Source: Nostoc sp. (GTDB taxonomy: Bacteria; Cyanobacteriota; Cyanobacteriia; Cyanobacteriales; Nostocaceae). Taken from it: a stretch of 64,000 nt of DNA. Made by a program: the position numbers and the translations under genes. This document shows positions 20,338 to 31,783 of the stretch, in pieces. Location of the stretch: positions 128,001 through 192,000 of the forward strand of contig JBALDB010000051.1 of the NCBI GenBank assembly GCA_036918135.1, in the 5' to 3' direction. A model generated the notes under the pieces. It saw only the letters and a list, made by a program, of their open reading frames with translations, was not told the DNA's origin and did no database searches. The number at the start of each line of letters is the position of its first letter. Within the stretch, counting starts at the first letter, position 1.

Positions 20338-21555
20338 ATGCCAGAGGTATCGTTACGGCTTTTCTTTTCTTACTCTCACAAAGACGAAGCTCTACGGGAT
20401 GAACTAGCTAAACACCTGAGCATATTAGAACGGCAGGGCGTGATTTCAAGCTGGCACGATCGCAAGATACTACCTGGAGAGGAGTGGGATTACCAAATTA
20501 ATGACAATTTAAACACCGCTGACATCATTTTGTTGCTCATCAGTTCAGATTTCCTTTTTTCTAAATATTGCTGGGATGTCGAAGTTAAGAAGGCAATAGA
20601 ACGGCACAATGCTAGAGAGGCTTGTGTTATCCCGGTTATTCTGCGAAGTGTTGATTGGAATGGCGCACCATTTGGAAAACTTCAAGCTTTGCCCAAGAAT
20701 GCTGAACCAGTAGTCTCAAAGAATTGGCACAATCAAGATGAAGCCTTCACAGATGTAGCTAGAGGAATTCGGGCGGCTGCTGAGAAGCTAAAGAAGGAAA
20801 GAGAGGAACAGCAAAAACAGCAAGCAGAAAGGCTACAACTACAGGAACAAGAAGAGGAAACCAGGAAGCTACAACAACAGCAACAAGAACAAGCAGATAG
20901 GCTACGAAGACAGGAAGCAGAAAGATTACGAAAACAACAAGAACAAGAACAAGCAGATAGGTTACAAAGACAACGAGAACAAGAAAAAGCCAACAAGTTG
21001 CAACTACAACAGCAATCTACTGATAACGATCTCCCGTCTGAGAAAGGCGTAGACTATAGACGGTTGCGCGATTTACTTAAAGCAGGGAATTGGAAAGAAG
21101 CGGATCGAGAAACTCTGGCTGTTATGCTCAAAGCCACTGGTAGAGAACAAGAAGGGTGGCTTGATTCTGAATCTGTTGATAATTTTCCTTGCACTGACTT
21201 ACGCACCATTGACCAACTGTGGGTAAAATACAGCAATGGGCACTTTGGGTTTAGTGTGCAAAAGCGAATTTGGGAAAGCGTTGGAAAAGAATACGAAAAG
21301 TTTGGCGATCGCGTCGGATGGCGAAAAGGAATGTTTTATAATAAACAGTGGCTATTATACTCAGACCTGACCTTCACAACAAATTCTCCACAGGGACATT
21401 TGCCTGCGGCACAGTGGGGAATCGAGGTGATCATCCTGAGACCGGAAAAGACTTATGAGGTCACCTGGGGATTCACCTTCAGCGGATCACCTTGGGGGAT
21501 GGGGGATGGTGGAGCGTCTTCTCTCGCGTCGAGACTTGTAAACTGTAACATATAA
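20338..21555 (+). CDS. TIR domain - Q/E/R coiled coil - GUN4 domain protein
   Basis: N-terminal FFSYSHKD...SKYCWDVEV (TIR). C-terminal YRRLRDLLKAGNWKEADRET...IDQLWVKYSNGHFGFSVQK...GHLP (GUN4). Confidence 0.88.
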   Translation: MPEVSLRLFFSYSHKDEALRDELAKHLSILERQGVISSWHDRKILPGEEWDYQINDNLNTADIILLLISSDFLFSKYCWDVEVKKAIERHNAREACVIPVILRSVDWNGAPFGKLQALPKNAEPVVSKNWHNQDEAFTDVARGIRAAAEKLKKEREEQQKQQAERLQLQEQEEETRKLQQQQQEQADRLRRQEAERLRKQQEQEQADRLQRQREQEKANKLQLQQQSTDNDLPSEKGVDYRRLRDLLKAGNWKEADRETLAVMLKATGREQEGWLDSESVDNFPCTDLRTIDQLWVKYSNGHFGFSVQKRIWESVGKEYEKFGDRVGWRKGMFYNKQWLLYSDLTFTTNSPQGHLPAAQWGIEVIILRPEKTYEVTWGFTFSGSPWGMGDGGASSLASRLVNCNI

Positions 21556-21910
21556 GGCTTACAGTAAATTGTGAAGATTTACAAACAAGTCATTTCACAC
21601 GAAGTATTGCGGTTTCTATGTTTTCGTTACCTGACACTGTGGCAAAAAAACGTTTTCTCGTTGTGCTTGTAGTACAATGCTAGCTTCTTGGGTGTCATAG
21701 CAATTAGCAAAGATAAATTTGCTTGCTACCTTTTCTATTTCATCGTTACTTGCTTTCCATTCATCCCAAGGTAGTCTCATATTAATTCGTAATTCGTAAT
21801 ACTTCGACTGTGTCATATATTTTTGGTTGATTCAGGCGCAACTCAATTCAAATTCTCTATATAAAACCTATCTTAACCTCTGGCTGATTACCTAAAATAT
21901 AAAAAATTAC

Positions 21911-21934
21911 AGGGTAGCAAAGCTGTGCTACCCT
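21911..21934 (-). terminator. Intrinsic terminator downstream of the SulP gene
   Basis: AGGGTAGCA/TGCTACCCT stem followed by a T-rich run on the minus strand. Confidence 0.55.
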
Positions 21935-21965
21935 ATCGTAATGAAAATTAAATTTAACTTCAGTG

Positions 21966-23489
21966 CTACAGAGTAAATGGCTTGCGGTTACGTTCTATCA
22001 AACGATCCCATTGCATAGTTAAGGTGCTTCCCATTTTTTCCTGTTGTTTTGCCCACATTGATAATAGGTCGAGGCAAGAGTGATCTATATAAGCCAAGTC
22101 TTGTAAATAAACATGCAATTCACTTCCTGGAGGCACAAGATCTAAAATATTTGCCAATTTTGGTAGCCTGACAAATGTTGCTGCGCCTTGTAAATGAATG
22201 TCTATTCGCTGATTATTTTCGTGCTTAATAACGTGGATGTTCAGCACGGACATTTTGTGAATTAGTAAAATTCCTGTCAACAGAATACCAATCAAAACAC
22301 CCGTAATCAGGTCAGCAACAACAATCATTACTAAAGTGGCAAAAAATATCACTAGAGGAAAACGTCCATACTTTTTTAACTGGCGAATATGTTCTACTTC
22401 GATTAGTTTGTAACCAGTAAAAACTAGAATTGCCGCCAAGCTAGAAATAGGAATTATTCTCAGCAAGCCTGGGGCTGCAATCACTAAAATTAACAGCCAT
22501 AGTCCGTGAAGCATCGTCGATAATCTCGTTTTAGCACCGGCTTCTACGTTTACAGAACTGCGGGCTATGACTCCTGTCATCGGCAAAGCACCCAAGAACC
22601 CACAGATAATATTGCCAATTCCCTGGGCTGTTAATTCGCGATCGAAATTGGTTCTTCGACCTGTATGCAGTCGATCTACCGCTACGGCTGAAAGCAAACT
22701 TTCTGTACTAGCAATGAATGCAATCACCATCGCATCCAGCAAAACCGATCCCTGAATTAAGCGTGGGAAACTGGCTGGTGTCGGTAATTGAATTGCTTGT
22801 GCTAAATTTGCAGGTACATCAACATACTGAATCGGTAATCGATATATTGTGGCGATCGCAGTGGCAATTACAACCCCAACAAGCCCACCAGGTATCAACT
22901 TCAAACTCCTGGGTTTAAATTTTTCCCACAGCAGAAGACTGATAATGGTTGTTATCCCGATGAATGCTGCAATGTGATGAACGCTACCATCAATCGGAAA
23001 CAAAGCTTTGTAAATGGTGTTGGGAATAGAAATTAAATTATCAATGCCATGTATACGCGGTTTGTCGTCTAGCATGACATGAAATTGGGAAGCGAAGATT
23101 AATACCCCAATACCTGCAAGCATTCCATAAATTACAGCTGGTGACATGGCGCGAAACAATTGCCCAAGTTTAAATTTACCCGCGAGTAATTGGATTAAAC
23201 CCGCTAGCAGCAGAATTGGCCCAATCATTTCAATGCCATATTGTTGAACTATTTCGGCAACAATCACAGCTAGCCCAGCAGCCGGGCCGCTAACAAGCAA
23301 AGGAGAACCAGAAACAGTACCAACAATAATTCCGCCTACTATTCCTGTAACTAAGCCGCGAGATGGCGGAAGTCCCGAAGCGATCGCAATACCCATACAA
23401 AGAGGGAGGGCGACAAGAAATACCACAAATGATGCTGGTACTTCACTAGTAAATGAGTATTTGTCTATAATTGCTTTCAAATTTCTCAT
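21966..23489 (-). CDS. SulP/SLC26-family anion (possibly bicarbonate) permease
   Basis: VVFLVALPLCMGIAIASG, VSGPAAGL, GALPMTGVIARSS and a STAS-like C-terminus. The ATG at 23489 follows a GGAGGAG RBS. Confidence 0.9.
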   Translation of the reverse strand: MRNLKAIIDKYSFTSEVPASFVVFLVALPLCMGIAIASGLPPSRGLVTGIVGGIIVGTVSGSPLLVSGPAAGLAVIVAEIVQQYGIEMIGPILLLAGLIQLLAGKFKLGQLFRAMSPAVIYGMLAGIGVLIFASQFHVMLDDKPRIHGIDNLISIPNTIYKALFPIDGSVHHIAAFIGITTIISLLLWEKFKPRSLKLIPGGLVGVVIATAIATIYRLPIQYVDVPANLAQAIQLPTPASFPRLIQGSVLLDAMVIAFIASTESLLSAVAVDRLHTGRRTNFDRELTAQGIGNIICGFLGALPMTGVIARSSVNVEAGAKTRLSTMLHGLWLLILVIAAPGLLRIIPISSLAAILVFTGYKLIEVEHIRQLKKYGRFPLVIFFATLVMIVVADLITGVLIGILLTGILLIHKMSVLNIHVIKHENNQRIDIHLQGAATFVRLPKLANILDLVPPGSELHVYLQDLAYIDHSCLDLLSMWAKQQEKMGSTLTMQWDRLIERNRKPFTL

Positions 23490-23946
23490 TTGCTTCTCCT
23501 CCAATAAAAAGTTTTTAATTTTTGACTAGACAAACTGAACCATTACAATGCAGCGGAAACTATGCTTGCATTGAATAGTTCAAACATATTTACTAAGTTT
23601 TAATTACGGTATAGTTTTACTGATAATATATTCAGCCCTCACATCCCAAACACGAAATCATTAAGCTCAATCAAATTGTATTTATAGCTACTATTTACAT
23701 TTCTTAATGATTACAAACCCATGATAACAGTAGAGTTATCTAATTGATAATAGATAACTTTTTCTATTCGATTTGCAGCAAAATGTAAAGTAAATCTAGA
23801 CAATAACTTAGATTCGCGAGAAAAAAGGTATAATGTATCATCCTCAGGTTTGATTTTTCTGAGGAATTTTAACTCCATCTAAACTAGCTTTCTAAGCATA
23901 TTGATTGTTATTCCCTAGTTTTTGAGAAAGGATTTTTGTAAGTACT

Positions 23947-25443
23947 TTAGCGTTTGACGGGATTCATCCAAGCTTCTAATCGGCTAAATGCTTGGGAAGA
24001 AAGTAGGGTCAAACATAAATAAACCACTGCCACACCCGTGTAAATTTCAAAAGCGCGATAGTTGTCAGCAACAATTAGCTGTCCTTTGCGGAACAATTCT
24101 TCAAAACCAATAACTGCAACTAAACTTGTATCTTTTAACAAACTGATAAATTCATTACCCAAAGGTGGAATCATCCGCCGGAAAGCTTGGGGAAAAATCA
24201 CATAACTCATGGTTTGCACAGAAGTTAAACCTAGTGATTGTGCTGCTTCAGCTTGTCCTGTTTCAATCGATTGAATCCCAGCCCGCACAACTTCAGCAAT
24301 ATAAGCCCCGCTATTCAAACTTAAAGCAATGACTCCAGCAACTAAGCGATCGAAAGTAAATGTCAAACCAAATTCTTGGAAAATTGCCGGTAACCCAAAG
24401 TAAATCATAAAAATTTGCACCAGCAAAGGTGTTCCCCGGAAAAAATCTACATACGCCCTCGCTATCCAACGCACAGGTGCAACATGAGAAAGGCGGACAA
24501 TACCAATTAAGGAACCACCAATCAAACCAAACACTACAGAAAGTATCGTCAATTGCAAGGTTACCAAAGCACCCTGCAATAGAGTTGGAACAGCCTGTAA
24601 AATCACGCTAATTGAAGTTAATATTTTGGGTGCGCCAGCGTTAGTTTGATTTTCAAACGGTGATTTAGCTGGTAATGATGGCGGTTCGGCTTTAAACCAT
24701 TTTTGGTAAATTTGGGTATAAGTGCCTTTGAGGACTTTATCCAAACCATCATTGATTAATGTCAAATAAGGCGAATTTTTCGCTGTACCAATTCCATAAA
24801 ACTCCTCTGTCAGCAATTGCTGTACAACTTTAATTTCCTTCAAATTGCCCGTATTAATGGCATATAAAGTCACAGGTGCATCATTAATTACCGCATCTAC
24901 ATTTCCATTGACCAATTCTTGTAAAGCTAAAGGTGCTGAATCAAAACTGCGAATTTGCACCCCAGGAATACTTTTAGCTTTGGCGGCACCAGTTGTGCCG
25001 ATTTGGACGGCAATTTTTTTGTTTTTAAGACTATCAAAGCCAGTGATATTTTGATTATCGGTGCGGATGGCGATCGCTAACCCCGCTTTAAAATAAGGAC
25101 GGGAAAAAGAAACTGTTTTCGCCCTTTCCTGGGTAATCGTAATCGAACTAATGGCAGCATCTACCGTTTTGGCTTGGAGTGCTGGGATAATGCCATCAAA
25201 AGGCAAACTTTGAAAATTTACTTTAAAGTTAGCAGCAGTGGCGATCGCATTCATCAAATCAATGGAAAATCCTTGTAACTCACCACCTTTTCCTTGAAAC
25301 TCGAAAGGTGGAAACGCTGGTTCGGTAGCAACTCGCAGAGTTTTCCCCGCACCAGTATTTGCACTACAGCCAGTCAGTAACAAACAGCTAAAACCTAGAA
25401 TTACACATAAAGACAGCCAACGGATAAAACCAAATTTAGACAT
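23947..25443 (-). CDS. bgtB: Basic amino acid/glutamine ABC transporter, fused substrate-binding protein and permease
   Basis: Lipobox LTGC, SBP_bac_3 (FPPFEF) fused to a HisM-type permease (RGTPLLVQ, EAA loop). Confidence 0.85.
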   Translation of the reverse strand: MSKFGFIRWLSLCVILGFSCLLLTGCSANTGAGKTLRVATEPAFPPFEFQGKGGELQGFSIDLMNAIATAANFKVNFQSLPFDGIIPALQAKTVDAAISSITITQERAKTVSFSRPYFKAGLAIAIRTDNQNITGFDSLKNKKIAVQIGTTGAAKAKSIPGVQIRSFDSAPLALQELVNGNVDAVINDAPVTLYAINTGNLKEIKVVQQLLTEEFYGIGTAKNSPYLTLINDGLDKVLKGTYTQIYQKWFKAEPPSLPAKSPFENQTNAGAPKILTSISVILQAVPTLLQGALVTLQLTILSVVFGLIGGSLIGIVRLSHVAPVRWIARAYVDFFRGTPLLVQIFMIYFGLPAIFQEFGLTFTFDRLVAGVIALSLNSGAYIAEVVRAGIQSIETGQAEAAQSLGLTSVQTMSYVIFPQAFRRMIPPLGNEFISLLKDTSLVAVIGFEELFRKGQLIVADNYRAFEIYTGVAVVYLCLTLLSSQAFSRLEAWMNPVKR

Positions 25444-25526
25444 GTTTGTTAAACCTTTTATTTCTCACGCAAAGTCCCAAAGGCGCAAAGAAGAAGAATA
25501 TTAAACAAAGACTGTCTTAGCGCTTT

Positions 25527-25540
25527 GTTAAAAACCTTAC
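25527..25540. promoter_or_regulatory. Possible imperfect NtcA site in the bgtB/bgtA divergent promoter
   Basis: GTT-N8-TAC, one mismatch to GTA-N8-TAC, in a short intergenic region between nitrogen-uptake genes. Confidence 0.3.
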
Positions 25541-25570
25541 AATTAACTTTAGAGCAGCTTGACACAGCCA

Positions 25571-26332
25571 ATGAACAATTCTATCTCCCCAATTATTTTT
25601 GACAATATTGAAAAAAGCTTTGGTTCCTTAAAAGTCCTCAAAGGAATCACAGGCGAAATCAAGCGGGGAGAAGTTGTTGCAGTTATTGGTTCTTCAGGCT
25701 GTGGTAAAAGTACTCTCCTGCGCTGCTTCAACCGCTTAGAAAAGATTGACAATGGACGCTTGATAGTCAACGGGATCGATATATCGCAATCCACTGTCAA
25801 CTATAGCCAACTGCGGCAACTGCGGACACAAGTAGGTATGGTTTTTCAGCAATTCAATTTGTTTCCCCATCTAAGTGTCCTGGAAAATATGACACTTGCA
25901 CCGCGTAAAGTCTTGGGGAAAACACCGAAAGAAAGCGCTCAACTAGCAGGATTATATCTGGAAAAAGTCGGTTTATTTGACAAAGCCTCTGCTTATCCCG
26001 AACAACTTTCTGGCGGACAAAAACAACGAGTAGCGATCGCCCGTAGTTTATGTATGAATCCCCAGATCATGTTATTCGATGAACCCACCAGCGCCTTAGA
26101 TCCGGAACTCGTAGGTGAAGTTCTCCAAGTGATGCAACAATTAGCAGCAGAAGGGATGACAATGGTGGTTGTTACGCATGAAATGCAGTTTGCTAAAGAA
26201 GTAGCGCATCAAGTGATATTTTTAGATCGAGGTATTGTGGCAGAACAAGGTTCAGCCTACGAAGTTCTCACCAATCCCCAAAGCGATCGCCTGCGTACTT
26301 TCCTCAGTCGCCTTCAAATAATTCGCAATTAA
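25571..26332 (+). CDS. bgtA: Polar amino acid ABC transporter ATP-binding protein
   Basis: [22 protein letters not shown] and [11 protein letters not shown]; divergent from bgtB. Confidence 0.85.
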   Translation: MNNSISPIIFDNIEKSFGSLKVLKGITGEIKRGEVVAVIGSSGCGKSTLLRCFNRLEKIDNGRLIVNGIDISQSTVNYSQLRQLRTQVGMVFQQFNLFPHLSVLENMTLAPRKVLGKTPKESAQLAGLYLEKVGLFDKASAYPEQLSGGQKQRVAIARSLCMNPQIMLFDEPTSALDPELVGEVLQVMQQLAAEGMTMVVVTHEMQFAKEVAHQVIFLDRGIVAEQGSAYEVLTNPQSDRLRTFLSRLQIIRN

Positions 26333-26389
26333 AGGTAGAGAGACGCGATTATCGCGTTTACCTACGCGTTTCTACCTACTCTCCATTTT

Positions 26390-26590
26390 TTAAAGATATT
26401 CACGCAAGAAATCAAAGGGGTCGTCTTCCCAACAAGGTTCAGGTATCAGCCAAAACAAATTACTGTGGATGTCGTCTTCAATTTCATCACCATCATCTCT
26501 CTCAAATAGTTCTATTAAAGCTGTCCAATCACGGTCTCTAAGTGATGTTAAGGATGGGGTATATACCTGGAGATTAGTTGAGTAATTCAC
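26390..26590 (-). CDS. Small acidic hypothetical protein
   Basis: 66 aa, acidic, W/P-rich C-terminus (WLIPEPCWEDDPFDFL). Confidence 0.55.
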   Translation of the reverse strand: MNYSTNLQVYTPSLTSLRDRDWTALIELFERDDGDEIEDDIHSNLFWLIPEPCWEDDPFDFLREYL

Positions 26591-26925
26591 GCGCGAATTT
26601 GTAATTTAGTGCTGCAAAATGCTAGTTTAATCGAATAAATTCCGAATTTAGAATCCAGAAGTTAGAATTAAGAAGATTTTGATACTCAAGCTTAGCAATT
26701 TTAAAAAACTAAGGTTTTACAAGCTATTAATTTTCTAACCATTCGCAATTCTGATTTCTGACTCCTCAATTCTTACGTTTAATGCTTTGTAAAAAATTAG
26801 ATTCTAACTTTGATAACCGTAGTTAAGTAGATACCTTGATATTCTCAACGATAGATGACTTTTACGAGTGTCTCACAATTTAAATCAGACTGGTATAGTA
26901 TTTATTACATAATTTCCAGCTTAAT

Positions 26926-27669
26926 TTATCTACACTCAAAAAATCCTTGCGGCTGCGATACTATTTCTACTCCAAACACTTCTGCAAAGCACTGTGCTAC
27001 ATAAAAACGCACTTCTTCGCAAGTAATACTCGGAATCCATTCGGCTAAACTGCCTAGAGGTTTATCAGAAATTCCACAGGGTACAATGCGCTCAAAGCCT
27101 GTCATATCCGGACAAACATTTAATGCAAAGCCGTGCATGGTAATCCAACGGCTAACTTTAATCCCAATAGCTGCAACTTTTCGCCCTTGTAACCAAACAC
27201 CAGTAAAAGCCGGAATTCTTTCTCCCTGCAATTTATAAACTGCCAATACGCGAATTAACACTTCTTCAAGTTGCCGTAAGTACCAATGGAGGTCTTTACT
27301 GTAACGTTGCAGATTTAAAATTGGATACCCCACCAGTTGACCGGGACAATGGTAAGTAACTTCGCCACCTCGTTCCACTCTATGCACATCATACTGATTT
27401 TTGTCAATATTAAATTTTAAAAAATCTGAATTGGCTCCTTGTCCTAAAGTGTAGACAGGCGGATGTTCTAGGAGAATCAACACGTCATCTAAACTGGGGT
27501 CATGGATGCGATCGCCTTGGAGCGATCGCTGCCATTCATGAGCTTCTAAGTAAGGCATTAATCCTTGGTTATACAGCAAACAACGGTTTTTGTGTGGTTT
27601 ATTACTATCGCTCATACTAAAAATCAACTGTGTAAGGAATGAAATATATTTCAAGTTGCAGGAATGCAA
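26926..27669 (-). CDS. lipB: Lipoyl(octanoyl) transferase
   Basis: [38 protein letters not shown] and IVPCG. The start is likely downstream. Confidence 0.95.
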   Translation of the reverse strand: MHSCNLKYISFLTQLIFSMSDSNKPHKNRCLLYNQGLMPYLEAHEWQRSLQGDRIHDPSLDDVLILLEHPPVYTLGQGANSDFLKFNIDKNQYDVHRVERGGEVTYHCPGQLVGYPILNLQRYSKDLHWYLRQLEEVLIRVLAVYKLQGERIPAFTGVWLQGRKVAAIGIKVSRWITMHGFALNVCPDMTGFERIVPCGISDKPLGSLAEWIPSITCEEVRFYVAQCFAEVFGVEIVSQPQGFFECR

Positions 27670-28228
27670 TCAAAAAATGTCAAGCTTTGCAAAGGATTTT
27701 AAAGGAAAGTCAAGGGAAGATGCATTAGAAAATACAAAATGCTAGCTTGAATATATAACCTCAATAGGTGTTGGGAGGAATTCTCTACAATCAGCATCAG
27801 ACCAAAAGAATAGAAATGAATGCACTGGCTGATGACTCTAATAAAATTGCTTACATTTCAAACAAAATCTACTTCCACAAGACTTGTGTTCTTCTATTAA
27901 CAGCGAGCAAACCTCAATCGAACACAAAAGGAGCAATTATCAACAGTTCTGTAAGTTTTGCTTTCAACGTAAAAGTAGTTACAGCTGCTACTGCTAAGAT
28001 TTATTTAACAAAAAGTTCTAAGTGGATATCCAATTGGATATCAGCGCAGAGATGAGGAGGTAAATTAAGGATATACTTGGCAAAAACTCACATGCAGTCA
28101 GCTTAGAGACAGTTTAGCAGTAATACATCATAATAGTTCACAATTTGTTTTGGCGGAAGTGATAGACCTTACCGTAACTTTTCATACAAAGCAAATTCAC
28201 ACATCAAATATTCAGCGGGAGAGTTTAC

Positions 28229-28867
28229 ATGAAGCTTGTCATCCACGGCAAAAATATTGAAATCACCGATGCAATTCGTGAGTATGTACATCAAAAAATT
28301 GAAAAAGCAGTTAATCACTTTCAGAATATTACAAATGAAGTGGATGTGCATCTGAGCGTAGCCCGGAATCCCCGAATTAATCCTAGACAAGCAGCTGAAG
28401 TAACTATTTTTGCTAATGGTAGCGTCATCCGTGCGGAGGAAAGCAGCGAAAACTTATACGCCAGCATTGACTTAGTTGCAGATAAAATTGCGCGTCAACT
28501 GCGGAAATATAAAGAACGGCGTCAAGATCATAAAACTCATGCCCAACCAACAGAAGAAGTTGTTACAGAGTCGGTAGTCACAGATTTAATTGGCGATCGC
28601 ACTCCCGAACTACCCGACGAAGTCGTCCGCACCAAATATTTCTCCATGCCTCCCATGAACCTTGCAGAAGCTTTAGAACAACTGCAACTCGTAGGACATG
28701 ACTTTTATATGTTCCGTAATGTTGAAACAGGCGAGATAAATGTCATTTACGAACGCAACCACGGTGGTTATGGTGTGATTCAACCTCATGGTAATAGTCA
28801 TACCAATGGCAAGAATGGTAAGTCAGCCAATATCGGCACATCAGAAAAGTCGCATTTGAGTAAATAA
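28229..28867 (+). CDS. hpf: Ribosome hibernation promoting factor (LrtA, long HPF)
   Basis: [20 protein letters not shown]...[17 protein letters not shown] plus the C-terminal dimerisation domain. Confidence 0.96.
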   Translation: MKLVIHGKNIEITDAIREYVHQKIEKAVNHFQNITNEVDVHLSVARNPRINPRQAAEVTIFANGSVIRAEESSENLYASIDLVADKIARQLRKYKERRQDHKTHAQPTEEVVTESVVTDLIGDRTPELPDEVVRTKYFSMPPMNLAEALEQLQLVGHDFYMFRNVETGEINVIYERNHGGYGVIQPHGNSHTNGKNGKSANIGTSEKSHLSK

Positions 28868-28869
28868 GC

Positions 28870-29010
28870 GCTAGGGGATTGGGTATCGGGAGTGTGAGAG
28901 GAAAAGGAGGATAGGGAGGAGAAGGAAGTGTGGGAGGATGGGGAAGAAATCTTGCTCCCCTCTCCCCACACTCCCCCATCTCCCCACACTCCCTACACTC
29001 CCCACACTTT
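28870..29010. repeat. G-rich/C-rich bipartite intergenic repeat (family member 1)
   Basis: GTGTGGGAGGATGGG arm, GAAATCTTGCTCCCCTCTCCCCACACTCCCC core and TCCCCACAC repeats. Confidence 0.75.
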
Positions 29011-29016
29011 CATTTC

Positions 29017-29475
29017 CTATTTCACAAGTTGTTGCAGCGTTTTTAGCGCTTCCTCAACGTGACCTTTAAAGTTAAACATTGAATTAAATACATATTGCAC
29101 AACTCCTTGTTCATCAATAACGTAAGTAACGCGACCAGGGAACAAGCCGAAGGCCGCTGTTGCACCATATAGTTTTCGTACTTGGTCGCCTTTGTCGGTC
29201 AACAGGGTAAAAGGTAGATTGTACTTAGCTGCAAATTTTTGGTGAGATTCTGTGGAGTCACCACTGACGCCGAGAACTTCAGCACCAGTGCTTTTAAAAA
29301 CTTCATACTGGTCGCGAAAGGCGCAGGATTCAGATGTACAACCGGGTGTGTCGTCCTTGGGATAAAAATATAGGACAACGGCTTTTTTGCCACGAAAATC
29401 CTGGAGGCTCACGGTTGAGCCGTTTTGAGCAGGTAGACTGAAATTAGGAGCGGTATCTCCAACTTTGATTGACAT
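29017..29475 (-). CDS. Peroxiredoxin Q / BCP
   Basis: [20 protein letters not shown]. Confidence 0.93.
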   Translation of the reverse strand: MSIKVGDTAPNFSLPAQNGSTVSLQDFRGKKAVVLYFYPKDDTPGCTSESCAFRDQYEVFKSTGAEVLGVSGDSTESHQKFAAKYNLPFTLLTDKGDQVRKLYGATAAFGLFPGRVTYVIDEQGVVQYVFNSMFNFKGHVEEALKTLQQLVK

Positions 29476-29593
29476 AGCAAGTAATAGTAGTTAGTTAACA
29501 AAATTTTACCTTGTATCTAATTCTATAAATTTTGCTTGATTAGCTGCATCAAGCGGAGTAGCTTGGATACTCATCTAACACAAAATTCCGCTT

Positions 29594-30721
29594 ATGCGCC
29601 TGAATTCACTGGATGTTTTTCGCGGTATTACTATTGCTGGGATGATTCTCGTCAACATGATGGGAGTTGCAGATGACGTATATCCTCCCTTCGCCCATGC
29701 TGATTGGCACGGGTGTACACCAACTGACTTGGTATTCCCGTTTTTCCTCTTCATAATCGGTGTAGCAATGACTTTTTCTCTATCGAAATACACCGAAGCT
29801 AATAAACCACACTCAACTGTTTACTTGCGGATATTTCGCCGCGCCGCCATTCTTTTTGTTTTGGGATTGCTACTAAATGGCTTTTGGAATCAGGGTGTTT
29901 GGACTTTTGATTTAAGTAGCATCCGGTTGATGGGGGTGTTGCAGCGTATCAGTATTACCTATCTGCTGGCTTGTTTGATAGTTCTCAACCTCCCGCGTAA
30001 AAGTCAATGGATACTAGCAGCAGTGCTACTCATCGGCTACTGGCTAACGATGATGTATCTACCAGTGCCAGATTATAGGGCGGGAGTGCTGACGCGGGAA
30101 GGAAATTTCGGCGCTTATGTTGACCGCTTAATTATTCCGAAAGCACATCTATATAAAGGTGATGGTTTCAAATTTATGGGAGATCCAGAGGGACTTTTTA
30201 GTACTATTCCTGCGATAGTAAGTGTCCTGGCTGGTTATTTCACTGGGCAATGGATACGCACTCAGCCTGTACAGTCGCGCACGAGTATCGGGTTAGGATT
30301 ATTTGGAGTTGGTTGTTTAATTATTGGTTGGGCGTGGGGGTGGACATTCCCGATTAATAAAAAACTGTGGACAAGTTCTTACGTGGTATTTACAACAGGT
30401 TGGGCATTATTGTTGCTAGCAGCTTGTTATCAACTCATCGAAGTACGGTTGATACGTCGCTGGGGTAAACCTTTTGAAATTATGGGTTTAAATGCGATCG
30501 CTCTTTTCGTTGCCTCTGTTTTATTAATTAAAATCTTAGTCAAAACTACTATCGGCACAGGAGAAAACGCTCCTAGTACCTACAATTGGATTTACCAGAA
30601 TTTTTTTGCATCTTGGGCGGGGGCGCTTAATGGTTCCCTGTTGTTTGGAATAGTCACAGTGTTGTTGTGGTGGGCTGTTGGTGCTGTAATGTATCGCCAA
30701 CGGTGGTTTATTAGGGTGTAA
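29594..30721 (+). CDS. Heparan-alpha-glucosaminide N-acetyltransferase-like membrane acyltransferase
   Basis: RLNSLDVFRG, HADWHGCTPTDLVFPFFLF, GVLQRI, DPEGL and PINKKLWTSSY. Confidence 0.88.
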   Translation: MRLNSLDVFRGITIAGMILVNMMGVADDVYPPFAHADWHGCTPTDLVFPFFLFIIGVAMTFSLSKYTEANKPHSTVYLRIFRRAAILFVLGLLLNGFWNQGVWTFDLSSIRLMGVLQRISITYLLACLIVLNLPRKSQWILAAVLLIGYWLTMMYLPVPDYRAGVLTREGNFGAYVDRLIIPKAHLYKGDGFKFMGDPEGLFSTIPAIVSVLAGYFTGQWIRTQPVQSRTSIGLGLFGVGCLIIGWAWGWTFPINKKLWTSSYVVFTTGWALLLLAACYQLIEVRLIRRWGKPFEIMGLNAIALFVASVLLIKILVKTTIGTGENAPSTYNWIYQNFFASWAGALNGSLLFGIVTVLLWWAVGAVMYRQRWFIRV

Positions 30722-30860
30722 ATGGGGGGTGTGGAGTGTGGGGGGTGTGGGGAGAGGGGAGCAAGATTTCTTTCCCATCCTCCCTATCCTCCTTCTCCTC
30801 CCACACCTCCTCTTCCTCCCTATCCTCCTTCTCCTCCCACACTCCCGATACCTAGTTGCT
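30722..30860. repeat. G-rich/C-rich bipartite intergenic repeat (family member 2, inverted core)
   Basis: GTGTGGGGAGAGGGGAGCAAGATTTC is the reverse complement of the core at about 28946, followed by TCC-rich repeats. Confidence 0.75.
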
Positions 30861-30868
30861 AGTCCCTT

Positions 30869-31726
30869 TTACCCTACGTCATCATGGGCGAAACGGTTAA
30901 AGAGGAAGTCTAAGGCATAGTTACGCAGTTGATAATATTGTGGATCTTCCATGATGCGGGCGCGATCGCGGGGACGTGAAAAAGGAATTTCCATGACTTC
31001 GCCGATTTTGGCGTGAGGGCCGTTGGTCATCATCACTAATTTGTCTGCTAAAAATAGTGCTTCGTCGATGTCATGGGTAATCATCAACACTGTACAGCGG
31101 TTTTCATTCCAAATTTTTAGCAGTTCTTCCTGTAACTCTTCTTTAGTAATTGCATCCAGCGCCCCAAAAGGTTCATCTAAAATTAAGACTTTGGGACGAA
31201 TTGCCAAAGCGCGGGCGATAGAAACTCTTTGTCTCATACCACCGGACATTTGCATTGGTTTCTTTTCCATTGCATCAGCTAGTCCCACCATTGCTAAATG
31301 ATCGCGCACAATTGCTCTTTTTTCGGCTTGTGGTTTATTGGGATAAACGGCGTTAACAGCTAAGTAGATGTTTTCAAAAGCAGTCCGCCACGGTAGCAAG
31401 GCATAGTTTTGGAAGACAACCATTCTGTCTGGCCCTGGTTTTGTAATCGGCTGTCCTTCGAGTAATACTTCCCCAGAGGTGGGAAAGTTAAAACCGGATA
31501 CCATATTTAGCAGCGTGGATTTGCCACAGCCAGAGTGACCGATGACACAAATAAACTCGCCTTGTTCGACGTTGAGGTTAACGCCGTCGAGTACGGTGAA
31601 GGGGCCTTTCTTTGTAGGATAAACTTTGGTAACGTCTTTAATTTCTAGGAAAGGTCTGCGGCTGGTGGTTGCAGAAGCTAATGGTTTTCCTAATGTGTTT
31701 GTGGCTGGAAAGTTGGGGTTTGGCAT
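30869..31726 (-). CDS. cmpD: Bicarbonate ABC transporter ATP-binding subunit D
   Basis: GHSGCGKST, PGPDRMVVFQNYALLPW and MSGGMRQR; last gene of the cmp cluster. Confidence 0.88.
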   Translation of the reverse strand: MPNPNFPATNTLGKPLASATTSRRPFLEIKDVTKVYPTKKGPFTVLDGVNLNVEQGEFICVIGHSGCGKSTLLNMVSGFNFPTSGEVLLEGQPITKPGPDRMVVFQNYALLPWRTAFENIYLAVNAVYPNKPQAEKRAIVRDHLAMVGLADAMEKKPMQMSGGMRQRVSIARALAIRPKVLILDEPFGALDAITKEELQEELLKIWNENRCTVLMITHDIDEALFLADKLVMMTNGPHAKIGEVMEIPFSRPRDRARIMEDPQYYQLRNYALDFLFNRFAHDDVG

Positions 31727-31783
31727 GGTATTTGGGGATTAACAAAGTGCAATTTGATATTCTGACTTCTGTCCCTTGCTTGT

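Noticed and set aside
21616..21816. Small ORF convergent with the TIR-GUN4 gene as a partner or antitoxin
   Set aside because: 66 aa, opposite strand, no recognisable motif; there is not enough support.
27768..28055. 95-aa ORF upstream of hpf
   Set aside because: Non-ATG start, no recognisable motif, and it lies in the lipB/hpf divergent promoter and leader region.
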